From Clostridia bacterium (GTDB lineage Bacteria > Bacillota > Clostridia > TANB77 > CAG-508): a DNA stretch of 49,094 nucleotides. The translations under genes and the position numbers were made by a program. The stretch is from contig JAGHJM010000068.1 in the NCBI GenBank assembly GCA_017886645.1, positions 1 through 49,094 on the forward strand, read 5' to 3'. Under the pieces are notes generated by a model, which was given only the letters and a program-made list of their open reading frames with translations, did no database searches and had not been told where the DNA came from. Below are positions 18,638 through 28,147 of this stretch, piece after piece; position 1 is the stretch's first letter, and every line of letters begins with the position of its first letter.

Positions 18638-20038
18638 ATGAGTTTTGTGGGAAGTATAAAAAACAAATTAATCGATTGGAAAAATAGGTTAAAAGATAGG
18701 CATATGCTAAGTATTATAGTAGTATTATTTACTATAATTGTCATAATGGGAATTATTATTTATAAAAAGCAAGCTGAATATAGACAAGCTTCAGAAAACC
18801 AATATAATATGGCTTTTTATGAACTTGTGGATTATGTGCAAAATGTAGAGACGTATTTAGCAAAATCGTTAATATCGAGTTCAGCAGAGCATGGAGCAGA
18901 AACTTTAACACATGTATGGAGAGAAGCAAATTTAGCACAAGCATATTTGTCTAGACTTCCAATAGATAGTGTAGAATTAGAAAAAACAGCTAAATTTCTA
19001 AATCAAGTAAGTGATTATAGTTATTCACTTTCGCGAAAAAATATAAATGATGAGGAATTAACGGAAGAAGATTTAAGTAATTTAGAAGAGTTACATGGTT
19101 ATAGTGTAGAACTGGAAAATACATTAAATCAGTTATCTGCAGATATTAACGAAGGAAGAATAAAATGGGATGAATTAACTAAAAAAGGAACAGTAGCTTT
19201 TGCACAAGAAGTAAGTAATATTTCAAAAAGCAGTTTCAGTAATATTGAAGAAAATTTCCATGAATATTCAGGATTAATATATGATGGTGCCTTTTCCGAA
19301 CATATGACAAGCGACACTAAAAAAGGACTAACAGGGGATAATATAGATGAAGAAAAAGCAAAACAAATAGCTATAGATTTTATAGGACAAGATAGAGTTC
19401 AGGAAATAAGTTCAAATGGAAAATCAGAAAATACTGATATAATAACTTATGATTTTTCTGTAAAGGTTAATAATGAAAATGAAGAAAATATGAATATTTC
19501 CATTACAGAAAAGGGTGGACATGTATTATTAATGAATTACAATAGAAATGTAGAGGCAGAAACTATATCACAAGACAGGGCAAATGAATTAGGAATAAAT
19601 TTCTTAAAAAGTAAAGGTATAGAAAATATGAAAGAAACATATTTTCTAAAACAAGATGGAATAATCACCATAAACTATGCGTATACACAAAACGATGTAG
19701 TAATTTATCCAGATTTAATAAAATTAAAAATAGCATTAGATAATGGAGAAATTATGGGAATAGAAACAAAAGGATATTTGAATTCTCATGAAGAAAGAAA
19801 TATAGGAGAAGTAAAAGTCTCAAAAGAAACAGCAAAAGAAACTTTAAATAAAAATTTGGAGATAAAAAGTGAAAATTTAGCAATTATACCTACAGAATGG
19901 AAAACAGAAGTATTATGTTGGGAATTTAAAGGTACAGTAGACGATACGGACTTCTTAGTTTATATAAATGCAGAAACTGGAAAAGAAGAAGATATACTTG
20001 TTATAGTAGATACACCAAATGGAACATTAACACATTAA
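18638..20038 (+). CDS. ypeB: Germination protein YpeB
   Basis: 'ENQYNMAFYEL','LIYDGAFSEH', C-terminal PepSY-like 'VYINAETGKEE'. Confidence 0.92.
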   Translation: MSFVGSIKNKLIDWKNRLKDRHMLSIIVVLFTIIVIMGIIIYKKQAEYRQASENQYNMAFYELVDYVQNVETYLAKSLISSSAEHGAETLTHVWREANLAQAYLSRLPIDSVELEKTAKFLNQVSDYSYSLSRKNINDEELTEEDLSNLEELHGYSVELENTLNQLSADINEGRIKWDELTKKGTVAFAQEVSNISKSSFSNIEENFHEYSGLIYDGAFSEHMTSDTKKGLTGDNIDEEKAKQIAIDFIGQDRVQEISSNGKSENTDIITYDFSVKVNNENEENMNISITEKGGHVLLMNYNRNVEAETISQDRANELGINFLKSKGIENMKETYFLKQDGIITINYAYTQNDVVIYPDLIKLKIALDNGEIMGIETKGYLNSHEERNIGEVKVSKETAKETLNKNLEIKSENLAIIPTEWKTEVLCWEFKGTVDDTDFLVYINAETGKEEDILVIVDTPNGTLTH

Positions 20039-20086
20039 AATGAAAAAATTAATAGCATATTTATAATAAAAATGAAAAAAATTTTA

Positions 20087-20121
20087 TAAAATGGTAGTAT
20101 GTTTTTCATACTACCATTTTT
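20087..20121. terminator. Bidirectional terminator
   Basis: AAAATGGTAGTATG-5 nt-CATACTACCATTTT between convergent genes. Confidence 0.8.
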
Positions 20122-20125
20122 ACTA

Positions 20126-23100
20126 TTATTCTATACTCTTTAGGCTTTCAATCATATCAATTTTCTTTAAAGCAAAGTAAGTTATAATATTTACTATTAT
20201 CGTAAAAGCTATTGTAATTAGAGATGCATATAAATAACTTAAAGGTTCTACAATTTTTACAAAACGGAGCATATCTATTTCACAAGTTTCCATTATAAAG
20301 TAATCTAAGAAATAACCAGCCCCAAGGCCAATAATAAGACCGATTATAGTTAATATTATGGTTTCTCTAGTAATATACAAATATACTTCTTTATCATAAA
20401 AACCAAGTACTTTTATAGTTGCCAGTTCACGAATTCTTTCACTAATATTAACATTTGATAAATTGTATAATACTACAAAAGCTAAAAGCCCAGCAGATAC
20501 TATTAAAATAACTACTACATAATTCAAAGATTGCATTGTATCATCCATCATAGTCATAGCTGTAGAAATTCTAGTTACTGATGCAACTTCAGGCTCTTTC
20601 ATTAAATTAGTTACAAATTCATCTTCATTTTCGTCTGAGTTAAAGTTACAATCTGCTAAAATGACATTACTTTCATATTGCGCATTATAAATAGATTCAT
20701 ATAAATTTTTTGACATATAAATATAATGATATACGTAATTTTCTACAATATATGATACTTTTATTTGTGTTTCTTTATCATCTGTATCTTGAAGAGTAAT
20801 AGTATCACCTTCTTCAACATTTAAAAGTTGGGCTACTTTATCTGTTAAGCAAATTCCGTCATCAGGAATTTCTATCATCTCTTTGGTATTTATATCATAA
20901 ATGTTTACTAATCCATCTAAAAGATCTTTTTCTTTTGGAATTATTATTTGCACATCTTCACGGTTTTCTCCATTTATAGCTGTACCGGATGTCATATAAG
21001 TTTCTACAGTTTTTGTAATTTCGCCTTTTGAAATCAATTCACTTATATAAGTTTCTTTTTCTTCATCTGTAAGTTCTGATTTTAAATTAATTTGTAAATC
21101 GTAGTTAAAAATTTTTTCATATTGATCTGGCATAATTCGTGTTATAGAATCTCTTATACCAAATCCTGTTACAATTAAAGCTGTACAACCCATTATACCT
21201 ATTATAGTCATTAAAAATCTTTTTTTGTATCTAAAAATATTTCTTACAGTTACTTTTTGACTAAATTTTAAATGCTTCCAAATAAAAGGTATTTTCTCTA
21301 GCAAAACTCTTTTTCCCATTTTTGGAGCCTTAGGCCTCATTAAAGTTGCAGGAGTGTTTATTAATTCTTTTATAGATGAATATATTGTAGCTCCTATAAT
21401 ACTAATACTAATAAATATTAAGCCCATACTTCCTATTTCAAAATTGAAGCTAATTTGTATATCAGAAATTTGATACATCATACTATACATTTCCCATAAT
21501 ATATTTGGAAGAATTACAAAGCCTACACACATTCCTAAAATTGAACCTACTATACAAGCTAAACTTGCATAAATTACATATTTACTAATAATTTGTAGTT
21601 TATTGTAGCCCAAAGCCTTTAATGTACCAATTTGAGTTCTTTCTTCTTCAACCATTCTTGTCATAGAGGTTAAAGAAATTAAAGCTGCTACGATAAAAAA
21701 TATAATAGGAAATACTTTACCAATATTTGCAATACTTTCTGTATCTTGTATAAAACTACTATAACCAGAATTTCCATTTCTATCTAATATATACCATTTA
21801 GGATTTTCAATATTTGCAACTTCCTGTCTACTATCTGCTAATTTTTTCTCAGCATCTGTAATTTTTTCGTCAAATTCTTTTTGACTATCCTCTAATTTTT
21901 TTTCTCCAGAAGCAAGTTCTTCTTTTGCAGATTTTAATTCTTCTTCAGCAGAGTCTAATTGTGCATACGCAGAAGACCTATTAGAATAATATGCGTCTTT
22001 GTTTTCTTCAAGTTCTTGCCATGCATCTTCAATTTGTTTTTTAGCATCCTCAATTTCAGCTTTTCCACTAGAAATACCACTTTCTATTTCAGAAATGCCG
22101 TTTTCTAACTCTGTTTTTGCTTGGTTTAAAGGCTTTAATTGAGATTCTAATTGAGATTTAGTTTGTTCTAATACTACTTTTGCCTCTTCTGTTAAATCAG
22201 GAGAGTTTAGTTTTTCTATAACTTCGTTGTATTGAGGTTCAATTTGAGATATAGCTTGTAAAGTTTGTTCCAATTGATTTTCTAATTCTTTCTTTTGGTT
22301 TTCTAAATCCTCAAACAGTTTATTAGCTTCAGCTTCTCTATCTGCAAGTTCAGCTTCACTATTTTCTAATTCCTCTTTACCTTCTATTAATTTATTATAA
22401 GCACTTGTAAATTCAGCATCTACTGCTTCTCTGTTACTTTGAAGTTCTTTTTCACCATCTTCAATTTGCTTTTTAGCGTCTTCAATTTCTTTTCTAGCTT
22501 TATCTAATTCCTCCTGAGCTTCAGCTTTTTGAGTATTTAATTCTTCTTCAGCATCTGCAATTTTTTCATTTGCTATATTAATTAATGTATCATGTCTAGC
22601 ATTTTCTCTTTCAGATTTTATATTTTCTATATTACTTACAACTTCATCTATATAATTTTCATATTCATCGCTAGAAGTTGTATATTTATCAGCATCTTTA
22701 ACTTTTATATATATATTTGTGTAAATGCTATTAGCATTTACGTTTTCCTTTGAAATATATAAGTAATAATCAACCTTTCCAGCTCCTAGATTGCTAGTTC
22801 CTCTATCTAACGATATATAAATAGGGCTTTGAATGGTTCCTACAATAGTTAAAGTAGTTTCTTGTAAATAAGGAATACTTTCTCCTTCGTCGTTTGTAGA
22901 ATCTTCAATGTTAAGTTCTATTGTATCACCTATTTTTTTATTATTTTCTGTTAAAAAACTACTTTCAACAACACATTCATTTTTTGACTCTGGTAAATGA
23001 CCTTCAATAAGAACAGGAGAATTTAAGTCATCAACACACATTACTCTAGTAATAATTTCTTTATTATCAATAGATATCTGTCCATCAGTTTCAAATGTAG

Positions 23101-23359
23101 CTACAATTTGCTCAACATTTTCGACATTTGACAATGCGTAAACATCGTCATCAGTCAGTCCTAAAGTGGATATTATCTGAATATCATATACATTTTGATT
23201 CTTATAATAAGTATCAATCGTATCTACCATATCAGGAGAAGCAGCTCTTATTCCAGCAAAAAAGCCTACGCCTAAAAAAGCCATTAGTAAAATGGATATA
23301 AACCTTTTATATGTATATTTTATTTCCCTTATACTGTCCTTAAATAAGGCTTTTTTCAT
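20126..23359 (-). CDS. FtsX-type ABC permease with long extracellular coiled coil
   Basis: 'TRMVEEERTQIGTLKALGY','ERIRELATIKVLGF'; heptad-rich central region. Confidence 0.9.
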   Translation of the reverse strand: MKKALFKDSIREIKYTYKRFISILLMAFLGVGFFAGIRAASPDMVDTIDTYYKNQNVYDIQIISTLGLTDDDVYALSNVENVEQIVATFETDGQISIDNKEIITRVMCVDDLNSPVLIEGHLPESKNECVVESSFLTENNKKIGDTIELNIEDSTNDEGESIPYLQETTLTIVGTIQSPIYISLDRGTSNLGAGKVDYYLYISKENVNANSIYTNIYIKVKDADKYTTSSDEYENYIDEVVSNIENIKSERENARHDTLINIANEKIADAEEELNTQKAEAQEELDKARKEIEDAKKQIEDGEKELQSNREAVDAEFTSAYNKLIEGKEELENSEAELADREAEANKLFEDLENQKKELENQLEQTLQAISQIEPQYNEVIEKLNSPDLTEEAKVVLEQTKSQLESQLKPLNQAKTELENGISEIESGISSGKAEIEDAKKQIEDAWQELEENKDAYYSNRSSAYAQLDSAEEELKSAKEELASGEKKLEDSQKEFDEKITDAEKKLADSRQEVANIENPKWYILDRNGNSGYSSFIQDTESIANIGKVFPIIFFIVAALISLTSMTRMVEEERTQIGTLKALGYNKLQIISKYVIYASLACIVGSILGMCVGFVILPNILWEMYSMMYQISDIQISFNFEIGSMGLIFISISIIGATIYSSIKELINTPATLMRPKAPKMGKRVLLEKIPFIWKHLKFSQKVTVRNIFRYKKRFLMTIIGIMGCTALIVTGFGIRDSITRIMPDQYEKIFNYDLQINLKSELTDEEKETYISELISKGEITKTVETYMTSGTAINGENREDVQIIIPKEKDLLDGLVNIYDINTKEMIEIPDDGICLTDKVAQLLNVEEGDTITLQDTDDKETQIKVSYIVENYVYHYIYMSKNLYESIYNAQYESNVILADCNFNSDENEDEFVTNLMKEPEVASVTRISTAMTMMDDTMQSLNYVVVILIVSAGLLAFVVLYNLSNVNISERIRELATIKVLGFYDKEVYLYITRETIILTIIGLIIGLGAGYFLDYFIMETCEIDMLRFVKIVEPLSYLYASLITIAFTIIVNIITYFALKKIDMIESLKSIE

Positions 23360-23378
23360 AAGTACTTCCTTTCTATAA

Positions 23379-24080
23379 TTACCATTCTATTTCTTCTATT
23401 GGTAAAGGATGCTCATTAATTTCTATTTTTTCTGCAGTACCATTTTTAAAATGTATAACTTTATCTGCCATTGGGGCCAACGCAGTATTATGAGTAATAA
23501 TTAAAACAGTCATATTTTCTTTTCGTGCAGTATCCTGTAATAATTTTAGGATTTGTTTTCCAGTTTTATAGTCTAATGCACCTGTTGGTTCATCACAAAG
23601 TAATAACTTAGGATTTTTAGCAATTGCTCTTGCAATAGCTACTCTTTGTTGTTCTCCACCAGAAAGTTGAGATGGAAAGTTATTCATTCTATCTTTTAAA
23701 CCGACTTGTTCCATAACTTTTTCAGGATTTAAAGAATTTTTACAAATTTCTGTTGCTAATTCTACATTTTCTTTAGCAGTTAAATTTTGAACAAGATTAT
23801 AAAATTGAAAGACAAAACCAATATCTTCACGTCTATATCGTATTAATTCTTTATTTTTTAATTTTGTAACCATTTTGCCATCAACAATTACTTTTCCAGA
23901 AGTAGCATTATCCATACCACCTAAAATATTTAAAGTAGTTGTTTTTCCAGCACCAGAAGGACCTACAATTACAACCAATTCTCCTTTTTCTATACTAAAA
24001 TTAGTATTATTTAAAGCTTTAATTGTAACTTCGCCCATTTTATATTCTTTACAAACATTTTTAAATTCAATATATGACAA
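23379..24080 (-). CDS. ABC transporter ATP-binding protein
   Basis: [29 protein letters not shown]. Confidence 0.95.
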   Translation of the reverse strand: MSYIEFKNVCKEYKMGEVTIKALNNTNFSIEKGELVVIVGPSGAGKTTTLNILGGMDNATSGKVIVDGKMVTKLKNKELIRYRREDIGFVFQFYNLVQNLTAKENVELATEICKNSLNPEKVMEQVGLKDRMNNFPSQLSGGEQQRVAIARAIAKNPKLLLCDEPTGALDYKTGKQILKLLQDTARKENMTVLIITHNTALAPMADKVIHFKNGTAEKIEINEHPLPIEEIEW

Positions 24081-24283
24081 AGGTTAATCCTCCTATAAAA
24101 ATATAATTATCCTATTGTAATTTTATTACATTAATTTAATATAAGCAATAAAAAAGAATTATATTAATAAAAAATTCATCAAATGTTCACAATAAATTTT
24201 ATAAAAATAAAATGTTCGTATTTATTGCAATTATTTAATAACATGAGTTATAATAAAAAAATAAATAAATAAGGGGTGATATC

Positions 24284-25234
24284 ATGGTAAAAATGTATAA
24301 TACAGATTTAAAAACTAATATTACAGAGGAAGTAAAAGAATATAAAAGAGGAAACTGGATAAGTATGGTGTCGCCGAGTGATGAAGAAATAAAAAATGTA
24401 TGTGAAAATACTAAAATTAGTGAAGATTTTATAAGATATGCTCTAGATCCAGAGGAAAGAGCCAGAATTGATTATGAGGAAGATGAAGACACAACATTAG
24501 TTATAGTTGACGTACCAACAATAGAAAAATCAGACGATGGAAGAATTTATAGTACAATTCCAATTGGATTTATAATAGTAAGGGATGACTATTTTATTAC
24601 AGTTTCATTAGAAAATAATGAAATAATAAAAAGTATGAATCCTTTAAAGATGAGATCACTTATAACATATAAGAAAAGCAGATTATTACTTCAATTTTTA
24701 TACACAAGTGCAGAAAAATATTTGAATTTATTAAAAATAATAAATAGAGAAACAGAAATTGCAGAACAATCATTAAAAGAAACAAAGAAAAATAAAGCAT
24801 TATTAAGATTATTAAGTTTAGAAAAAAGCTTAGTTTATTTTACAACTTCGCTAAAAGCAAACGAAGTAGTTATGGAGAAAATAGATAGAGGCAAAGTAGT
24901 AAAATTGTATGAAGAAGATGAAGATTTAATAGAAGATGTAATAATAGAAAATAGGCAAGCAATGGAAATGAGTAAAATATATAGTGATATTTTATCTGGA
25001 ACAATGGATGCATATGCTTCTGTTATATCAAACAACTTAAATGGAGTTATGAAAATTTTAACATCTATTACAATTATTTTAGCAATACCAACAATGATTT
25101 CAAGCTTTTGGGGAATGAATGTCGCAGTCCCAATGCAACAAAATCCATATGGATTTATTGCAATTATAGTAGCATCAATAGTAATAACTATTATAGTAAC
25201 TATGATTTTAAAGAAAAAAGATTTTTTGAATTAA
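24284..25234 (+). CDS. corA: CorA-family Mg2+/Co2+ transporter
   Basis: 'ALDPEERARI', two C-terminal TMs with the GMN motif ('SFWGMNV'). Confidence 0.93.
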   Translation: MVKMYNTDLKTNITEEVKEYKRGNWISMVSPSDEEIKNVCENTKISEDFIRYALDPEERARIDYEEDEDTTLVIVDVPTIEKSDDGRIYSTIPIGFIIVRDDYFITVSLENNEIIKSMNPLKMRSLITYKKSRLLLQFLYTSAEKYLNLLKIINRETEIAEQSLKETKKNKALLRLLSLEKSLVYFTTSLKANEVVMEKIDRGKVVKLYEEDEDLIEDVIIENRQAMEMSKIYSDILSGTMDAYASVISNNLNGVMKILTSITIILAIPTMISSFWGMNVAVPMQQNPYGFIAIIVASIVITIIVTMILKKKDFLN

Positions 25235-25296
25235 TTTGAATAATTTTTATAAAAAATGGATACCTTATTTATAGAAAAGTAAATAAGGAGGATGCT

Positions 25297-25488
25297 ATGA
25301 AAGTATTAGATATAATTGCACTAATATTAGTTATAATAGGTGCGATAAATTGGGGATTAATAGGAATATTTAATTTTAATTTAGTAGATACTATTTTTGG
25401 TGCAATGTCTGTAATTAGTAGAATAATATATGCTTTAGTAGGAATTGCAGGATTATATAGTATAAAATTCCTATTTAATAGAAGATAG
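25297..25488 (+). CDS. DUF378 (YuzA-like) small membrane protein
   Basis: 'LVIIGAINWGLIGIF.FNLV..IFG...SRIIYALVGIAG'; possible sigma-F/G promoter GAATA-15-GGATACCTTA at 25238-25267. Confidence 0.88.
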   Translation: MKVLDIIALILVIIGAINWGLIGIFNFNLVDTIFGAMSVISRIIYALVGIAGLYSIKFLFNRR

Positions 25489-25557
25489 TATTAAAACATT
25501 GAATTTTGCTCTATATTAGTATATAATATAGAGCAGAATTTTATTTTGGAGGAAAAT

Positions 25558-27138
25558 ATGTTAACAGTTACGGGAGTTACAATTAGATTTGGAAAAAGAA
25601 CTTTATTTGAAGATGTAAATATTAAATTTAATAAAGGATGTTGCTACGGAATAATTGGTGCAAATGGTGCAGGAAAATCAACATTTTTAAAAGTTTTATC
25701 AGGAGATATAGAACCAAGCAAAGGAGATGTTTCAAAAGAAAAAACAGAAAGAATATCTGTATTAAAACAAGATCACTTTGCATATGAAGAATATAGGGTT
25801 TTAGATGCAGTTATAATGGGAAATCAAGAATTATATAACATAATGAAAGAAAAAGATGAGATATATTCAAAGCCAGATTTCTCTGAAGAAGATGGAATGA
25901 AAGCAGCAAAGTTAGAAGAAAGATTTGCAGAGCTAGATGGGTGGAATGCAGAGTCTGATGCAGCTGTACTTTTAAACGAATTGGGTATAGATACTGAAAA
26001 TCATGAAAAATTAATGAAAGATTTAGAACCAAAGGATAAGGTAAAAGTTTTATTAGCACAAGCTTTATTTGGAAATCCAGACATTCTTTTATTAGATGAG
26101 CCAACAAACGATTTAGATTTAAAAACAATAGATTGGCTAGAAGAATTTTTAATAAATTTTGAAAATACAGTTATTGTAGTATCACATGATAGATATTTCT
26201 TAAACATAGTATGTACACACATTGCAGATGTTGACTTTGGAAAAATTAAAGTATATCCAGGAAACTATGACTTTTGGTATGAATCAAGTCAGTTAGCACT
26301 AAAACAAATGAAAGATGCTAATAAAAAGAAAGAAGAAAAAATTAAAGAATTGCAAGAATTTATTTCAAGATTTAGTGCTAATGCTTCAAAGTCAAAACAA
26401 GCAACATCAAGAAAGAAAACTCTAGAAAAAATAGAATTAGATGAAATAAAACCATCTAATAGAAAATATCCATACATAGATTTTAAACCTGATAGAGAGC
26501 CAGGAAAAGAAATATTAAGAGTTGAAAATTTATCAAAAACAGTTAATGGTGAGAAAATTTTAGATAATTTAAGTTTTACAGTAAAACCAAATGATAAAAT
26601 TGCATTTTTAGCAGATAACGAAAACGCAAAAACAATATTATTTCAAATTTTAGCAGGAGAAATGAAACCTGACTCTGGAACAGTTACATGGGGAACCACA
26701 ATTACAAGTACATATTTCCCAAAAGATAATAATTATCTATTTGAATCTGATTTAAGTATAACAGATTGGTTAAGGCAATATTCAAAAGACCCAGACGAAA
26801 CATATGTTAGGAGCTTTTTAGGAAGAATGTTATTTTCAGGAGAAGAAGCTTTAAAGAAAGTAAATGTTTTATCAGGTGGAGAGAAAGTAAGATGTGTACT
26901 TTCAAAAATGATGCTTTCAGGTGCAAATTTATTAATATTTGATGAGCCAACAAACCATTTAGATATGGAAAGTATTACAGCACTAAATGAGGGAATGGAA
27001 AAATTTAATGGAATAATATTATTTACATCACATGACCATCAATTAACTCAAACTGTTGCAAATAGAATTATTGATATAAAGAAAGATAAATTAATAGACA
27101 GAGAGGTAACATATAATCAATATTTAGGCATTGATTAG
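25558..27138 (+). CDS. Housekeeping ABC-F ATPase (YbiT/YkpA-like)
   Basis: Two ABC domains, 'GIIGANGAGKST', 'RFSANASKSKQATSRKK', no TM; GGAGG SD before ATG 25558. Confidence 0.9.
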   Translation: MLTVTGVTIRFGKRTLFEDVNIKFNKGCCYGIIGANGAGKSTFLKVLSGDIEPSKGDVSKEKTERISVLKQDHFAYEEYRVLDAVIMGNQELYNIMKEKDEIYSKPDFSEEDGMKAAKLEERFAELDGWNAESDAAVLLNELGIDTENHEKLMKDLEPKDKVKVLLAQALFGNPDILLLDEPTNDLDLKTIDWLEEFLINFENTVIVVSHDRYFLNIVCTHIADVDFGKIKVYPGNYDFWYESSQLALKQMKDANKKKEEKIKELQEFISRFSANASKSKQATSRKKTLEKIELDEIKPSNRKYPYIDFKPDREPGKEILRVENLSKTVNGEKILDNLSFTVKPNDKIAFLADNENAKTILFQILAGEMKPDSGTVTWGTTITSTYFPKDNNYLFESDLSITDWLRQYSKDPDETYVRSFLGRMLFSGEEALKKVNVLSGGEKVRCVLSKMMLSGANLLIFDEPTNHLDMESITALNEGMEKFNGIILFTSHDHQLTQTVANRIIDIKKDKLIDREVTYNQYLGID

Positions 27139-27156
27139 AGTTTTGGAGGATTGCAA

Positions 27157-27723
27157 ATGATAAAACGAGTAAATTTAGAAAATGCAAAAAAAATATATAA
27201 AGAATATATGGAAAGTGACTTTTCTGATGACGAATTACCCAAATATGAACATTTTGTGGAACTTATTGAAGATGAAAAAGAAATTCCATATGTATATATG
27301 GAAGAAGATGTAATAAAGGCATACATAGTATGCATAGAAAAAAATGGATACATTTTAATTTCTCATTTAGCAGTGTTAAAAAAATATAGAGGGCAAGGAA
27401 TAGGAACAAAATTATTAGAAGAAATTAAAGAGTTTTATAAAAAAGAAAAAGCAATAATATTAGAATCAGAAGCGGAAGATTCAGCAGACGAAAAAAGAGA
27501 TTTACAGACAATAATAAGAAGACAAAAATTTTATGAAAGATGTGGTTTTATACCATATAACAATTTAGATTATGAACTAACAAAAGTTAAATATTTAATT
27601 TTTGTATATAACTTGCAAGAGAGTACTTTAACAAACCAAGAGCTAAAAAATGTAATTATAGAATCATATAAAGATATACTGAAGAATAAGAATGGGTTAA
27701 TAATAAAAATAAAGGGAGAGTAA
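27157..27723 (+). CDS. GNAT-family acetyltransferase
   Basis: 'LAVLKKYRGQGIGTKLL', 'RRQKFYERCGF'. Confidence 0.85.
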   Translation: MIKRVNLENAKKIYKEYMESDFSDDELPKYEHFVELIEDEKEIPYVYMEEDVIKAYIVCIEKNGYILISHLAVLKKYRGQGIGTKLLEEIKEFYKKEKAIILESEAEDSADEKRDLQTIIRRQKFYERCGFIPYNNLDYELTKVKYLIFVYNLQESTLTNQELKNVIIESYKDILKNKNGLIIKIKGE

Positions 27724-27724
27724 T

Positions 27725-28096
27725 ATGTTTTGCAATAAATGCGGAGAAAAATTAGCAGATGACGCAAAATTTTGCACAAAATGTGGAACTAAAATAAATA
27801 ATGAACCAAAAATGGGAAGTATAGTTTTTAGAAGAATTGGACAGCTTTATGGAGCAGTTGCACCAATAAATGTTTTTGTAGATGGAATGCAAGTGGCAAG
27901 TATAGGAACAAATCAAGAAGTAAGAGTTCCTTTATCTATTGGAGCACATCAAGTATCCTTTAACTATTGGTGCGGAAATAATAATCAAAATATTTTTTAT
28001 TTAACAAATCAAAATCCAAATATACGAATTACTGTAAAATTAGGATATGGAGTTATTACATCAGACCCAAAAATTGTTAACGTAGAAAATATATAA
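27725..28096 (+). CDS. Zinc-ribbon domain protein
   Basis: 'MFCNKCG...AKFCTKCG' followed by a small beta-rich domain. Confidence 0.75.
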   Translation: MFCNKCGEKLADDAKFCTKCGTKINNEPKMGSIVFRRIGQLYGAVAPINVFVDGMQVASIGTNQEVRVPLSIGAHQVSFNYWCGNNNQNIFYLTNQNPNIRITVKLGYGVITSDPKIVNVENI

Positions 28097-28147
28097 TATC
28101 AAAGGAGCTATTACTCTTATTTTTAATAAAAAGAAAGGAAAGATACA

